Source: Candidatus Woodwardiibium gallinarum (GTDB lineage: Bacteria > Bacillota > Clostridia > Oscillospirales > CAG-382). Taken from it: a DNA stretch of 64,000 nt. Position 1 is the first letter of the stretch. Every line of letters begins with the position of its first letter. The notes beneath the pieces are model-generated. The model was not told where the DNA came from and searched no databases. It was given only the letters and a program-made list of their open reading frames with translations. The stretch lies in the NCBI GenBank assembly GCA_904419545.1, contig CAJFRY010000001.1:80922-144921 (forward strand), written 5' to 3'. The translations under genes were made by a program, and so were the position numbers. Below are positions 40,749-50,939 of this stretch, piece by piece.

Positions 40749-41366
40749 TTGAAAATGGAAAATCGCAGAGCGCCGGCAGAGCGGCGTGAAAATAAATCCG
40801 TAGTGTCGAATAACGTCAAAAAGGCGCCGCGCGAGACGGCTTCCGTCGGAATTCCTCGAAATGCAGCCGCAGAAGCGCGCCGTCTGCCGCAGCAGCCGAC
40901 CGGCCGCCAGATCGAGAAGCGCAACAAGCGTGCGCGCAAACTCGTCCCTGTCCGCAGCCCGAAAATCGTCACCGTGCGGAAAAAGAAGAAAGCACCGTTT
41001 CCGATCGCGGTCGTCTTTTCCGCCGTACTGTTGACGCTGATGTTCTTGTTTATGATGATGAACTACGCCGAGATCGACCGCTATAACAGTGAGATTGCGG
41101 AAATGAAGGCCACGGTCACCGATCTGAAGGCCGAAGCGGACAAGCTGCAGGGCAATCTGGACAAAAAAGACGGCGAAATTACCGGCATGCAGTCATACAT
41201 AGAAAACGAGTTGGGTATGGTCAAAAGCGATGCGCTGCCGAAGGAATACGTCAGCCTTCTGCCCGAGGATGTAACCACCGTCATTGACCGCCGTGACGAT
41301 GAAGGCGGTTTTGGCGTACTGCTGTCCGGCTTGAGCGAGGTAATCCGTAATTTTCTCAGTGATTGA
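40749..41366 (+). CDS. FtsL/DivIC-like cell division protein
   Basis: Basic N-terminus, one TM, coiled coil, ELGMV motif; position between rsmH and PBP. Confidence 0.75.
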   Translation: MKMENRRAPAERRENKSVVSNNVKKAPRETASVGIPRNAAAEARRLPQQPTGRQIEKRNKRARKLVPVRSPKIVTVRKKKKAPFPIAVVFSAVLLTLMFLFMMMNYAEIDRYNSEIAEMKATVTDLKAEADKLQGNLDKKDGEITGMQSYIENELGMVKSDALPKEYVSLLPEDVTTVIDRRDDEGGFGVLLSGLSEVIRNFLSD

Positions 41367-41588
41367 ATAATATTTTCAAATAGAACACAATTTGACTTCG
41401 GACCTATGTTATACTTATAAATAAGATTGCAACGCGGACCGCTGCGCGGCGCGCTTGGAAGGAAACCGGCCGCCGCACGCATTATTTTCCGGCGTTGTCC
41501 ATATATTGAGGGTAAAGAAAACACTTTACCCTTTTGTTGGATTTATGCCTTTCCGGATTTGCTGCGGAAAGGCGGGCAAGGAGCGAAC

Positions 41589-43802
41589 GTGACAAACACC
41601 AAAACAACCAACAAACACATTCTGAACCGGAGCCGCGCGGCCGTCATCACCGTACTGCTGCTGCTGGGCTTTCTGGTCTACCGCCTGGCGGATCTGCAGC
41701 TTATCCACCCCGACGAGAACCGCAACAACGCCATCCTTCAGTACACAAATGAAGTCACCATCAACGCCAAGCGCGGTACGATCTACGATCGTACGATGCA
41801 GAAGCTGGCCGTCAGCACTACGGTGCAGACTGTATTCATCTCGCCCAGCGACATTAAGGACGACGCGCAGGCCGAGCTGATCATCAACGGCCTGAACGAG
41901 ATCCTCGGCGTGGAAAAAGATTATATCCGCGAGCGCGCCGAAAAGAAAAACAGCCGCTATCAGATTATCAAAAAGAATGTAGAGGGCGAGGAGGAAGCTG
42001 CCGTCCGCCGCTTTATCGAGGAAAATGACCTCGCGATGCAGGTCTGCCTGGAGGAAAGCTCCAAGCGCTATTATCCCTTCGGCACGCTTGCCTCGCAGGT
42101 CATCGGCTCGGTGGGCGGCGACAACACCGGCCTGAACGGCATCGAGCTGACTTACAATGAGCTGCTTGCCGGCGTCAACGGCCGCGCCATCAAGGGCCAG
42201 GACGCACATGGTGACGAGTTGCCGTTCAAGTACGAAAGCTATATCGATTCCATTGACGGCACAAACATTATGCTTACTCTCGATTATACCGTCCAGTCGG
42301 TGCTGGAGAAGTATCTCAAACAGGCGTATGAGGACAATTTGCCAAACGGCGGCGTCCGCGGCATCATTATGGACGTCACCAACGGCGAAATCCTTGCGAT
42401 GGCAAACTATCCCGATTATGACCTGAATAATGCCACGCAGCTTTCCGAGCCTTTCCAGAAGCTGTACGATGCCTATGCCGCTGATACTTCCAAGACCGAT
42501 GAAGAGAAGGAAGCGTATCGCTGGGACCTGATTTATGAGATGTGGAAAAATAAAACCGTTACCGAGCTGTATTATCCCGGTTCCACGTTCAAAATGGTCA
42601 CCGCCGCAGCCGCGCTGGACGAGGGCACTTCGACGCTGAACGATACGTTCAACTGTACCTCGGCGGGCGTTGATGTGGCGGGGCAGATTTATCACTGCCA
42701 TTCCACGCCGCACGGGCATATCGACTTTTCCGAAGCGCTCGTCAAATCCTGCAACCCTGCGCTTATTACGGTCGGACAGTCTCTGGGTGCCGAAGCCTTT
42801 CTGCGGTATTTTGATTCGTTCGGCTATACGGAGACCACCGGCAGCGACGTGCTCGGTGAGCGCGACGGCATCTATCACGAATCTTTGACGCTCGTCGACC
42901 TTGCTACCGCTTCCTTTGGCCAGAATATGAAGATTTCGATGCTGCAGAATATCCGTGCGCTTTCGGCGATTGCCAACGGCGGTTATCTCGTCACGCCGCA
43001 TCTGCTCAAGGGCTATACCGACGAATACGGCAATCTCACATATGTGACCGATTACAGCGAGACCCGTCAGGCCATCAGCACCGAAACGGCTGATCAAATT
43101 TGTAAGATCCTGACCAATTCGACAAAAAACGTATCGGTCAACGGGTATAATATCATATCCAAGACCGGTACTACGCAGAAGATTGACCAGCCCAAGCGGG
43201 AGGACACTGGAAACTACTGGATGATCAGCTCGTGTATCTCCTTCGCGCCGGCAGAGGATCCGAAGATTGCAATCCTTGTCGTCATTGATGAGCCGACCGG
43301 CGAGAAATTCTTTGGCTCGCTGTTGGCTGCTCCAGTCATCACAAACGTGCTTACCGAGGTGCTGCCCTATCTCGGCATTGAGCCGACCGATGACTCGGCG
43401 ATCCAAACGCTCACCGTATCCGACTATCGCGGCTCCAGCGTGGATACTGCCAAGCAGGCGCTCGAGCAGCTCGGACTGAAGGTCATTGTCCGCGGCGACG
43501 GTGCCGCCGTTACCGATCAGATGCCGCGCAGCGGCAGTGTGATTACCGAGGGCGGACGCGTGGTTCTGTATACCGATGGTGCGGAAGCCGAAGCCACCGT
43601 ATCGGTTCCCAATTTCTCGGGCATGACGCCGCAGCAGGTGCTTAGCACCGCATCGACCTATGGGCTGAATGTCGAGCTGAAGGGTATCCATAAGGACGAC
43701 TATTCCTGTTATGTCAGTACGCAGAGCATTGATCCGGGAACGATGGTCACGACCGGCACGATCGTTACCATTCAGTTTATTTATAACGAATCCATCGAGT
43801 AA
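41589..43802 (+). CDS. class B penicillin-binding protein with PASTA domains (FtsI/SpoVD family)
   Basis: KRGTIYDR, RYYPFG, PGSTFK, SCN, KTGT, two C-terminal PASTA repeats; GTG after AAGGAG. Confidence 0.93.
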   Translation: MTNTKTTNKHILNRSRAAVITVLLLLGFLVYRLADLQLIHPDENRNNAILQYTNEVTINAKRGTIYDRTMQKLAVSTTVQTVFISPSDIKDDAQAELIINGLNEILGVEKDYIRERAEKKNSRYQIIKKNVEGEEEAAVRRFIEENDLAMQVCLEESSKRYYPFGTLASQVIGSVGGDNTGLNGIELTYNELLAGVNGRAIKGQDAHGDELPFKYESYIDSIDGTNIMLTLDYTVQSVLEKYLKQAYEDNLPNGGVRGIIMDVTNGEILAMANYPDYDLNNATQLSEPFQKLYDAYAADTSKTDEEKEAYRWDLIYEMWKNKTVTELYYPGSTFKMVTAAAALDEGTSTLNDTFNCTSAGVDVAGQIYHCHSTPHGHIDFSEALVKSCNPALITVGQSLGAEAFLRYFDSFGYTETTGSDVLGERDGIYHESLTLVDLATASFGQNMKISMLQNIRALSAIANGGYLVTPHLLKGYTDEYGNLTYVTDYSETRQAISTETADQICKILTNSTKNVSVNGYNIISKTGTTQKIDQPKREDTGNYWMISSCISFAPAEDPKIAILVVIDEPTGEKFFGSLLAAPVITNVLTEVLPYLGIEPTDDSAIQTLTVSDYRGSSVDTAKQALEQLGLKVIVRGDGAAVTDQMPRSGSVITEGGRVVLYTDGAEAEATVSVPNFSGMTPQQVLSTASTYGLNVELKGIHKDDYSCYVSTQSIDPGTMVTTGTIVTIQFIYNESIE

Positions 43803-43831
43803 AATTTACAATTAGGAAAGAAACGATTTTC

Positions 43832-45208
43832 ATGTTGATCACACTCAGCGAAGCGGCGCGCCTTTCCGGCGGCGCCCTGCATCCCGACAGCGACGGTGCG
43901 CTTGTTCTGCGCTATGTTTGTGCGGACAGCCGCGAGGCGCTGCATGCTGATGGCCCGTTGTTTGCCGCGATTAAGGGCGAGCGGACGGACGGCGGTCTAT
44001 ATGTCGGCTCGGTTCTTGACGCGGGCGGCGCAGCGATTGTGAGCGACCGCGCGCTGTTCGTGCGCAACACCATATTGGTTGATGATGTGCGCGGCGCGCT
44101 GGCGCGGCTGGCCGGCGGCTACCGCCGTGAACGGCTCGGGAATGTAAAGTGCGTCTGTATTACCGGCAGCGTCGGGAAAACGACGACGAAGGATATGGCT
44201 GCGCTCGTGCTTTCCGCGCATCGTCCTACGTATGCCACGGCGGGGAATATGAACAGCCGCATCGGGCTCCCGTTGTCCGTGCTGCGGGTTCCTGAGGAGG
44301 CGCGCGCCTGCGTACTGGAGATCGGGATGAGCGAACCCGGCGAGATCGCGCCGCTGTCCGAGGCCGCCGCGCCGGACATCGCCGTCGTGACCAATATCGG
44401 TTCCTCGCATATTCAGGCCTTTGGCAGCCGCGAGGGCATCTGTCTGGAGAAAATGTCGATCGTCAACGGCCTGCGTCCCGGCGGCACACTTGTTCTCAAC
44501 GGTGATGAGCCGCTTCTGACGGCTGCGGCTGCACGTGTGCCGCAGCGGTGTGTGTTTGCATCGGTCGAGGAACGTCCCGCGCAGTATCGCGCCGAATCCG
44601 TCACGGAATCCGACGGCGTGACGCACTTCAGCGTCGTTTTCGCCGGCGGACGGATTGAAATTGCACTGCCGGCGCTCGGTCTGCATAATGTGCGCAACGC
44701 GCTTACCGCTTTTGCCGTCGGCATCGAGGCGGGGGTGCCCGCTTCGGTATGCGCGGAAGCGCTTTCCCGATTTGTGCCGTCTGGAAGCCGGCAGAATATC
44801 TATGAAAAAAACGGTCTGCATATCATCGCGGATTGCTATAACGCTTCGCCCGAGTCGATGACGGCGGCGCTTTCGGTGCTGCGCGGCTTTCCGGGCAGGC
44901 GAATTGCCGTTCTCGGCGATATGCTCGAATTGGGTGCATATGCCGGCCGACTGCACCGCGATATGGGCGCCGCTGTCTGCGGTGCGGCCGACCTGCTTTT
45001 CACAATCGGCAGCGCGGCAGAGCAAATCGCCGAGGGGGCAGCGGCGCGGGGGATGCCGCGCGAACGGATTCGCGTCTTTCCGGCGGACGGCCACGAAGCG
45101 GCAGCACAGGCGCTGCGTGAGATCGTGCGGCCGGGAGATTCGCTGCTGTTCAAGGCCAGCAATCGGATGAACTTGAAAAAGGTTATCGAACGGATGGGAA
45201 TAAGCTAA
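43832..45208 (+). CDS. murF: UDP-MurNAc-tripeptide--D-Ala-D-Ala ligase
   Basis: ITGSVGKTTTKDM, DCYNASPESM, LGDMLELG, KASN. Confidence 0.95.
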   Translation: MLITLSEAARLSGGALHPDSDGALVLRYVCADSREALHADGPLFAAIKGERTDGGLYVGSVLDAGGAAIVSDRALFVRNTILVDDVRGALARLAGGYRRERLGNVKCVCITGSVGKTTTKDMAALVLSAHRPTYATAGNMNSRIGLPLSVLRVPEEARACVLEIGMSEPGEIAPLSEAAAPDIAVVTNIGSSHIQAFGSREGICLEKMSIVNGLRPGGTLVLNGDEPLLTAAAARVPQRCVFASVEERPAQYRAESVTESDGVTHFSVVFAGGRIEIALPALGLHNVRNALTAFAVGIEAGVPASVCAEALSRFVPSGSRQNIYEKNGLHIIADCYNASPESMTAALSVLRGFPGRRIAVLGDMLELGAYAGRLHRDMGAAVCGAADLLFTIGSAAEQIAEGAAARGMPRERIRVFPADGHEAAAQALREIVRPGDSLLFKASNRMNLKKVIERMGIS

Positions 45209-45223
45209 AAGGGAGAGACGGAA

Positions 45224-46192
45224 GTGTTGTATTCGGTTCTCGGCGGCGTTGCGGCGTTTTTGGTCTGCGCTTTATTGCTGCGCATCTTTATCCCCGTGCT
45301 TCGGAAGGTGAAGCTGGGCCAGAAGATACTTGAGATCGGACCCTCGTGGCATAAGAGCAAGGAAGGGACGCCGATCATGGGCGGCCTGTTTTTCTCGATT
45401 GCCATCACGGCGGCTGCTGTGGTTTTCAGCCTGCTTTCGGGCGCGCTGCCGCTGCGGACACTGCTGGTGCTCGGTTTTGCGCTTCTTTGCGGGCTGATCG
45501 GTTTTGCGGACGATTATGTCAAGCTGTTCAAAAAGACCAACCGCGGGCTGTCGCCGGCACAGAAGCTTATTCTGCAATTTTTAGTCGTCGCCGCTTTTTT
45601 TGTCTCCCTTTCGCTGGCGGGCTATGCGTCGACCGAGCTGCAGATTCCCTTTACGGACATTCGTGTCGACTTGGGTGTGTTTTACTATTTGCTCATGAGC
45701 ATAGTGCTTGTCTATTTCATCAACGGCGCCAATCTCACCGACGGGATCGACGGCTTGGCCGGCAGCGTGGCGCTGGTGATTATGGTGTTCTTTACCATCG
45801 TTTCCGACATGCTCGATCCCGCTACAATATATATCTGCACGGCGGCCGTCGGTGCGCTGACCGCATTCCTTATTTTCAACTTCCATCCGGCAAAGATTTT
45901 TATGGGAGATACGGGCAGTCTGTATCTCGGCGGCTTGGTCTGCGGCTTGACCGTGCTGTATCGAATGGAGCTTCTGCTTTTTCTCATTGGTTTTGTCTAC
46001 CTGATTGAGGGACTTTCGGTGATGCTGCAGGTCGCATATTTCAAAAAAACGGGCAAACGCATTTTCAAAATGGCACCGCTGCACCATCATTTTGAAATGA
46101 ACGGCTGGAGCGAGGTCAAGATTGTTTTCGTCTTTACGTTTGTAACGGCTCTCACCTGCGCAGCGGCGTATTGGGGAGCGGTCGTGCTTTGA
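45224..46192 (+). CDS. mraY: phospho-MurNAc-pentapeptide transferase
   Basis: GTPIMGG, DDYVK, NLTDGIDGL, FMGDTGS, APLHHHFE. Confidence 0.97.
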   Translation: MLYSVLGGVAAFLVCALLLRIFIPVLRKVKLGQKILEIGPSWHKSKEGTPIMGGLFFSIAITAAAVVFSLLSGALPLRTLLVLGFALLCGLIGFADDYVKLFKKTNRGLSPAQKLILQFLVVAAFFVSLSLAGYASTELQIPFTDIRVDLGVFYYLLMSIVLVYFINGANLTDGIDGLAGSVALVIMVFFTIVSDMLDPATIYICTAAVGALTAFLIFNFHPAKIFMGDTGSLYLGGLVCGLTVLYRMELLLFLIGFVYLIEGLSVMLQVAYFKKTGKRIFKMAPLHHHFEMNGWSEVKIVFVFTFVTALTCAAAYWGAVVL

Positions 46193-46219
46193 TCGTTTTG
46201 GAACAGGAGGCGCGGTAGA

Positions 46220-47464
46220 TTGAACGGAACACGGAAAGAAACGGATATGCGCGGCAAGGAGCGTGCCGCACTGCGCGCGGGCAAAGCGCCGCGTGAGCGG
46301 GGTACCTTTGTGCGCATCATCGGCGAGGTGGACCGTCCGTTCCTTCTCATCGTCATCGCGCTGCTCTGTATCGGCTCGGTGATGGTGTTCTCGGCCAGCT
46401 ATGCGTACGGCAAATACTATTTCAACGACAGTTATTATTTTGCGCGCAGACAGCTCGGTTGGGCGGTGCTCGGTTTGGCGGGAATGTGTTTTACCGCCGT
46501 GGTTGTCGATTACCGCTGGATCAAGCGTTTCGCTTGGCTTGGTTACGGCGTCTCTCTGCTGCTCAACGCCGCAGTTGTTGTGATAGGTGTAGCCAACAAT
46601 GGTGCACAGCGATGGATCAAAATCGGCCCGATTCAGTTCCAGCCTTCCGAACTGCTCAAATTCTTTGTTATTATTGTCTGTGCGTCGTACATATCCAATA
46701 ACCATTCACGGATGAAAAGCTTCCGTTACGGTGTATTGCCTTTTATTCTTATTCTCGCGCCCGCAGCAGGACTGCTGGTGCTGCAGAGCCATCTGTCGGC
46801 GACGATCATCGTCTGCCTGCTCGTCTTTTCGATGATGCTGCTCGGCGGGTCCAGCCTTGCATGGCTTGGAGGTGCTGCCGGCGTGGGTGCAGCCGCAGCG
46901 TTCGCGGTACTCAAGCTGCCGTTTGTTCAGGAGCTGCCGCTGTTCAAGGAAAAGCTGTCGCACATTTTTCAGCGGCTCGCCATTTGGGAAGACCCGGTCG
47001 CAATGATCGCGGATAAGGCTACGCGAGACGCCGCTTGGCAGCCCGCGCAGTCGTTGTTCGCCATTTCCTCGGGCGGCTTCTGGGGACTGGGCATCGGAAA
47101 GAGCAACCAGAAGCATGGCTTTCTGCCCGAGCCGCAGAACGATTACGTGTTCGCCATCCTTTGCGAAGAGTTGGGGTTTTTCGGCGCAGTCGGCGTGATC
47201 CTGCTTTTTGCGGCGTTCGCTTATCGCGGCTTCCGCATCGCAGCAAATTCGCCTAACCGCTTTTGCTCGCTTGTCGTGATGGGCCTGACGCTGCAGGTTG
47301 CCTTACAGGCGATCCTAAACATCGCCGTCGTGACCAATACGTTACCCTCAACCGGCATTTCACTGCCCTTTTTCAGCTACGGCGGCACGTCGCTGGTCAT
47401 TTTAATGGTCGAGATGGGCGTAATTCTTTCCATATCGCGGTATTCCTATATCGAAAGGGGATAG
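46220..47464 (+). CDS. ftsW: SEDS protein FtsW/SpoVE
   Basis: MVFSAS, GAQRWI, QPSELLK, LPEPQNDYVF, LPFFSYGGTS. Confidence 0.92.
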   Translation: MNGTRKETDMRGKERAALRAGKAPRERGTFVRIIGEVDRPFLLIVIALLCIGSVMVFSASYAYGKYYFNDSYYFARRQLGWAVLGLAGMCFTAVVVDYRWIKRFAWLGYGVSLLLNAAVVVIGVANNGAQRWIKIGPIQFQPSELLKFFVIIVCASYISNNHSRMKSFRYGVLPFILILAPAAGLLVLQSHLSATIIVCLLVFSMMLLGGSSLAWLGGAAGVGAAAAFAVLKLPFVQELPLFKEKLSHIFQRLAIWEDPVAMIADKATRDAAWQPAQSLFAISSGGFWGLGIGKSNQKHGFLPEPQNDYVFAILCEELGFFGAVGVILLFAAFAYRGFRIAANSPNRFCSLVVMGLTLQVALQAILNIAVVTNTLPSTGISLPFFSYGGTSLVILMVEMGVILSISRYSYIERG

Positions 47465-47498
47465 ATTCTCCTTTTTCGGAAAGGTAAGTGTATAACGT

Positions 47499-48611
47499 TT
47501 GAAAATATTGATGACCTGCGGCGGCACCGGCGGTCATATCAACCCTGCCATTGCCGTTGCCAATCGGATCAAAATGATTTCGCCGGGCGCGGAGATCGCT
47601 TTTGTCGGCACCGAAAAGGGGATGGAATCCTCGCTTGTTCCCAAGGCGGGTTATCCGATCCGCTTCGTCAAGGTGCGCGGCTTCAAGCGGAAGCTCACGC
47701 TCGCAAACATAGACGCAGCGATTAAAGCTGTGACATCGGTTGTTGCTGCAAAAAGGATCATCCGCGATTTTCAGCCGGATGTGGTCATCGGTACCGGCGG
47801 CTATGTGTCGTGGCCGACCGTGAAGGCTGCCGCTAAGCTTGGGGTTCCGACTCTGATTCAGGAGCAGAATGCGTTCCCCGGCGTCACACAGCGCATGCTG
47901 GCCAAATATGCCGATAAGATCTGCGTCAGCTTTGAAGAAAGCCGGAAGTTTTTCGATGCCTCCGTACAGGATAAGATTCTCCTGACCGGAAATCCTGTTT
48001 CCGCTTCGGGTATTACCCGTGCGCAGGCCCGTGAGAAGCTCGGGCTGGAACCGGGCGCGCTTTACGTCGTTTCCAGCGGCGGCTCGCTCGGCGCGGAGAA
48101 GGTCAATGAGTATGTGTTTGAGGTCATCGGAAGCTATACCGGGCCGAAGGGTATACGTCACATTCATTCGGTCGGCCGCGCGGGCTGGGAAAAGTACAGT
48201 ACAATCGCCAAAGAACGCGGCTTCGACAAGTATACAAACATCAAAATTTCCGAATATATTTATGACATGCAGCTCCACCTCGCTGCCGCTGATATTGTCA
48301 TCGGCCGTGCCGGTGCGATGACGCTGGCCGAAAACGCGTGTATGGGCAAGGCATCAATTCTCATCCCGTCGCCGAATGTGACGGGCGATCATCAGTTCAA
48401 AAACGCAAAAGTGCTTGCCGACGCGGGCGCGGCAATTGTTTATCGGGAGAGCGAGCTGGACGGTGCCGCGCTTACCGCCGCCGTTCGCCGGCTGGCGGAG
48501 GACGAAAAAGCGCGGCGTGAGATGGAAGCGCGCGTCCGCGCGTTTGCCAAACCGTTTGCCGACCGCGAGATTGCGCTGGCGGCCATAGAGATTGCCAAGC
48601 GGGCGAAGTAA
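47499..48611 (+). CDS. murG: lipid II GlcNAc transferase
   Basis: GGTGGHINPA, TGGYVS, EQN, GGSLGA, HQFKNA. Confidence 0.97.
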   Translation: MKILMTCGGTGGHINPAIAVANRIKMISPGAEIAFVGTEKGMESSLVPKAGYPIRFVKVRGFKRKLTLANIDAAIKAVTSVVAAKRIIRDFQPDVVIGTGGYVSWPTVKAAAKLGVPTLIQEQNAFPGVTQRMLAKYADKICVSFEESRKFFDASVQDKILLTGNPVSASGITRAQAREKLGLEPGALYVVSSGGSLGAEKVNEYVFEVIGSYTGPKGIRHIHSVGRAGWEKYSTIAKERGFDKYTNIKISEYIYDMQLHLAAADIVIGRAGAMTLAENACMGKASILIPSPNVTGDHQFKNAKVLADAGAAIVYRESELDGAALTAAVRRLAEDEKARREMEARVRAFAKPFADREIALAAIEIAKRAK

Positions 48612-48635
48612 AAAGGCAGGAAAGGATATGCCCAT

Positions 48636-49418
48636 ATGGTGCAGGAACGCTTTCGCAAAAAGAATATCGCGATGGACGAGCTGCGGGGGCAACAGCGGAA
48701 AAAGCGGTTTCGCCGGAGGCTGTTTTATCTTTCGCTCATCCTTTTGATCTGTGCGGCCTTTTTTGCCGTTTGTGTGCTGGTCTTTTTCAACGTCGGTGAG
48801 ATTGAACTGATTGGGCTGGAGCGCTGCGATGAGACTGCGGTCCGAGCTGCGCTCGGCGTTTCTCCCGGTGACAATCTGTTTTCTTTTCGCGCCGGCGATG
48901 TCGAAAGCGCGCTGAAAAAGGCGTTCCCATATATCGGGTCGGTTGAGGTGACACGCGGCTTTCCAACTACGTTGACTGTGACGGTGCAGGAAGAAATACC
49001 CGTCACATATGTGGAGCAGTACGGCGAATACTTTATTCTGTCACGTGAGCTGAAGGTGCTGGAACGCAGAGCGGACAAGCCGGAGGGACTTCTGCTTTTG
49101 TCTACTACGCCGACGGATGTCTGCATTGTGGGACAAACGGCTGTGTTTGCGGACAAGCGTGTGTCGACGACGGTTACGGAGCTTCTGGATGCGCTTGACG
49201 GCAGCGGACTTCTTGAAAGTGTCGTTTCAATCGATATGACCAATCGTTTTGAAATCTATTTCTGGTATCAGGACCGTTTCCATGTCTATTTGGGCGCCGT
49301 TGACGACGCGGAAATCAAGACGGCATTCCTTGTTAAGATCATCGAAAAGCTCGGCGACGAACGCGGTAACATCGACGTTTCGGATACGCGGGAGGCATCA
49401 TTCTCCAAATTCGAGTAA
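48636..49418 (+). CDS. ftsQ: cell division protein FtsQ/DivIB
   Basis: Basic N-terminus, TM, POTRA-like region (FPYIGSVEVTRGFPTTLTVTVQE); position before ftsZ. Confidence 0.85.
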   Translation: MVQERFRKKNIAMDELRGQQRKKRFRRRLFYLSLILLICAAFFAVCVLVFFNVGEIELIGLERCDETAVRAALGVSPGDNLFSFRAGDVESALKKAFPYIGSVEVTRGFPTTLTVTVQEEIPVTYVEQYGEYFILSRELKVLERRADKPEGLLLLSTTPTDVCIVGQTAVFADKRVSTTVTELLDALDGSGLLESVVSIDMTNRFEIYFWYQDRFHVYLGAVDDAEIKTAFLVKIIEKLGDERGNIDVSDTREASFSKFE

Positions 49419-49546
49419 AAAAAGTAACTTTTTTACGAAATCTTCAAAAAAGACTTGAAAAATGAAATGGAAGATAGTATTATATACTATAAGGTACTGT
49501 GGCTTGTGCCGATTACAATTTGTATAAAATTTTGGGAGGACATACA

Positions 49547-50638
49547 ATGCCTAATGAATTCGAAACGAGTACAAACGATGTCAAGATCAAGGTAATCGGC
49601 GTCGGCGGCGGCGGCGGAAATGCCGTCAACCGTATGATCGCCGCAGGCGGCAAGGACGTTGAATTTATCAACATCAATACGGATACGCAGATACTTATCA
49701 AATCGCTCGCCCCGACCAAGATTTCCATTGGCGACCGTATCACCAAGGGGCATGGCGCCGGCAGCAATCCCGAATTGGGCGAAAAGGCGGCTGATGAATC
49801 GATTGAGGAAATCACCAATGCCATCAAGGGCGCGGATATGGTTTTCATTACCGCAGGCATGGGCGGCGGCACCGGTACGGGCGCTGCGCCGATTGTGGCG
49901 AAGGTTGCCAAGCAGATGGAAATCCTCACCGTCGCCATCGTGACCAAGCCCTTCAATTTTGAGGGGCGTAAAAGAATGGCACAGGCCGAGGCGGGGATCA
50001 ATAAGCTCCGTGAATTTGTCGATTCGCTGATCGTCATTCCGAATGAACGCCTTAAGCTGCTGACAGATAAAAAGATCACCTTTCTGAATGCCTTTCAGGA
50101 GGCGGACGACGTGCTTCGCAAGGGTGTGCAGAGCATAACGGAGCTGATTACCGTGGAGGGAATCATCAATCTGGATTTTGCGGATGTATCCGCCGTTATG
50201 TCCAACGCCGGTCTTGCGCACATGGGCGTCGGTTCCGCCAAGGGTAAGGATAAGGCCGAACAGGCCGCCAAAATGGCGATGTCCAGCCCGCTGCTGGAGA
50301 CCAATATCAGCGGCGCGCGCGGGATCGTCGTCAATATTACAGCCAGCCCCGATATCGGACTCGAGGAGATCGATTCCGCTGTGGCAATGATTACAGACGA
50401 AGCACAGCCGGATGCGACAATCATCTTCGGCGCGGCGTTTGATTCTTCGCTGGAGGATGAAATGCGGATTACCCTGATTGCGACAGGCTTCGATTTGGAT
50501 AAGCGTACCGGTGAGCGCAGGTCACAGACTGCCTCTGCTGTGCCGTCCGCTGCGCCTGCCGCTTCGAATGACGCGGACAATGAAAGTGATCTTAACGATA
50601 TCATTTCCATCCTTAATCAGAATCGGAAGACTTATTAA
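49547..50638 (+). CDS. ftsZ: cell division protein FtsZ
   Basis: [29 protein letters not shown]; GGGAGG RBS; upstream TTGAAA-17-TATTAT at 49455-83. Confidence 0.99.
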   Translation: MPNEFETSTNDVKIKVIGVGGGGGNAVNRMIAAGGKDVEFININTDTQILIKSLAPTKISIGDRITKGHGAGSNPELGEKAADESIEEITNAIKGADMVFITAGMGGGTGTGAAPIVAKVAKQMEILTVAIVTKPFNFEGRKRMAQAEAGINKLREFVDSLIVIPNERLKLLTDKKITFLNAFQEADDVLRKGVQSITELITVEGIINLDFADVSAVMSNAGLAHMGVGSAKGKDKAEQAAKMAMSSPLLETNISGARGIVVNITASPDIGLEEIDSAVAMITDEAQPDATIIFGAAFDSSLEDEMRITLIATGFDLDKRTGERRSQTASAVPSAAPAASNDADNESDLNDIISILNQNRKTY

Positions 50639-50700
50639 GGAGTCAATAAACTTCGTTTGACTTTTTTGCGTATGCAACCGGAGAACAGGAGCTTGGTGAA

Positions 50701-50856
50701 ATGTATAAGGCTGTTGTGATTGAGTATTCGCCGAAAGCGGCGGATATGGCAGAGAAAATTGAAGAAAAAGCAAACGAAATGCTGAAAGGCGGTTATGAGC
50801 TTGTCACCTTTTCCGTGACGGCAGCGGCGAAAGCAATCTTGGTATTCAAGAAATAA
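50701..50856 (+). CDS. small hypothetical protein (51 aa, DUF4177-like pattern)
   Basis: AGGAG RBS; MYKAVVIEYSPKAADMAEKIEEKANEMLKGGYELVTFSVTAAAKAILVFKK*. Confidence 0.75.
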   Translation: MYKAVVIEYSPKAADMAEKIEEKANEMLKGGYELVTFSVTAAAKAILVFKK

Positions 50857-50880
50857 ACCGCATTGTTTTCAGCGATTAAG

Positions 50881-50911
50881 AGCCGCCCCGTTATACACGG
50901 AGCGGCTTTTT
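50881..50911 (+). terminator. terminator
   Basis: AGCCGCCCCG / CGGAGCGGCT plus T-tract. Confidence 0.7.
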
Positions 50912-50939
50912 GTTTGGAAAAAGTCTGGGAGGGACAGAT

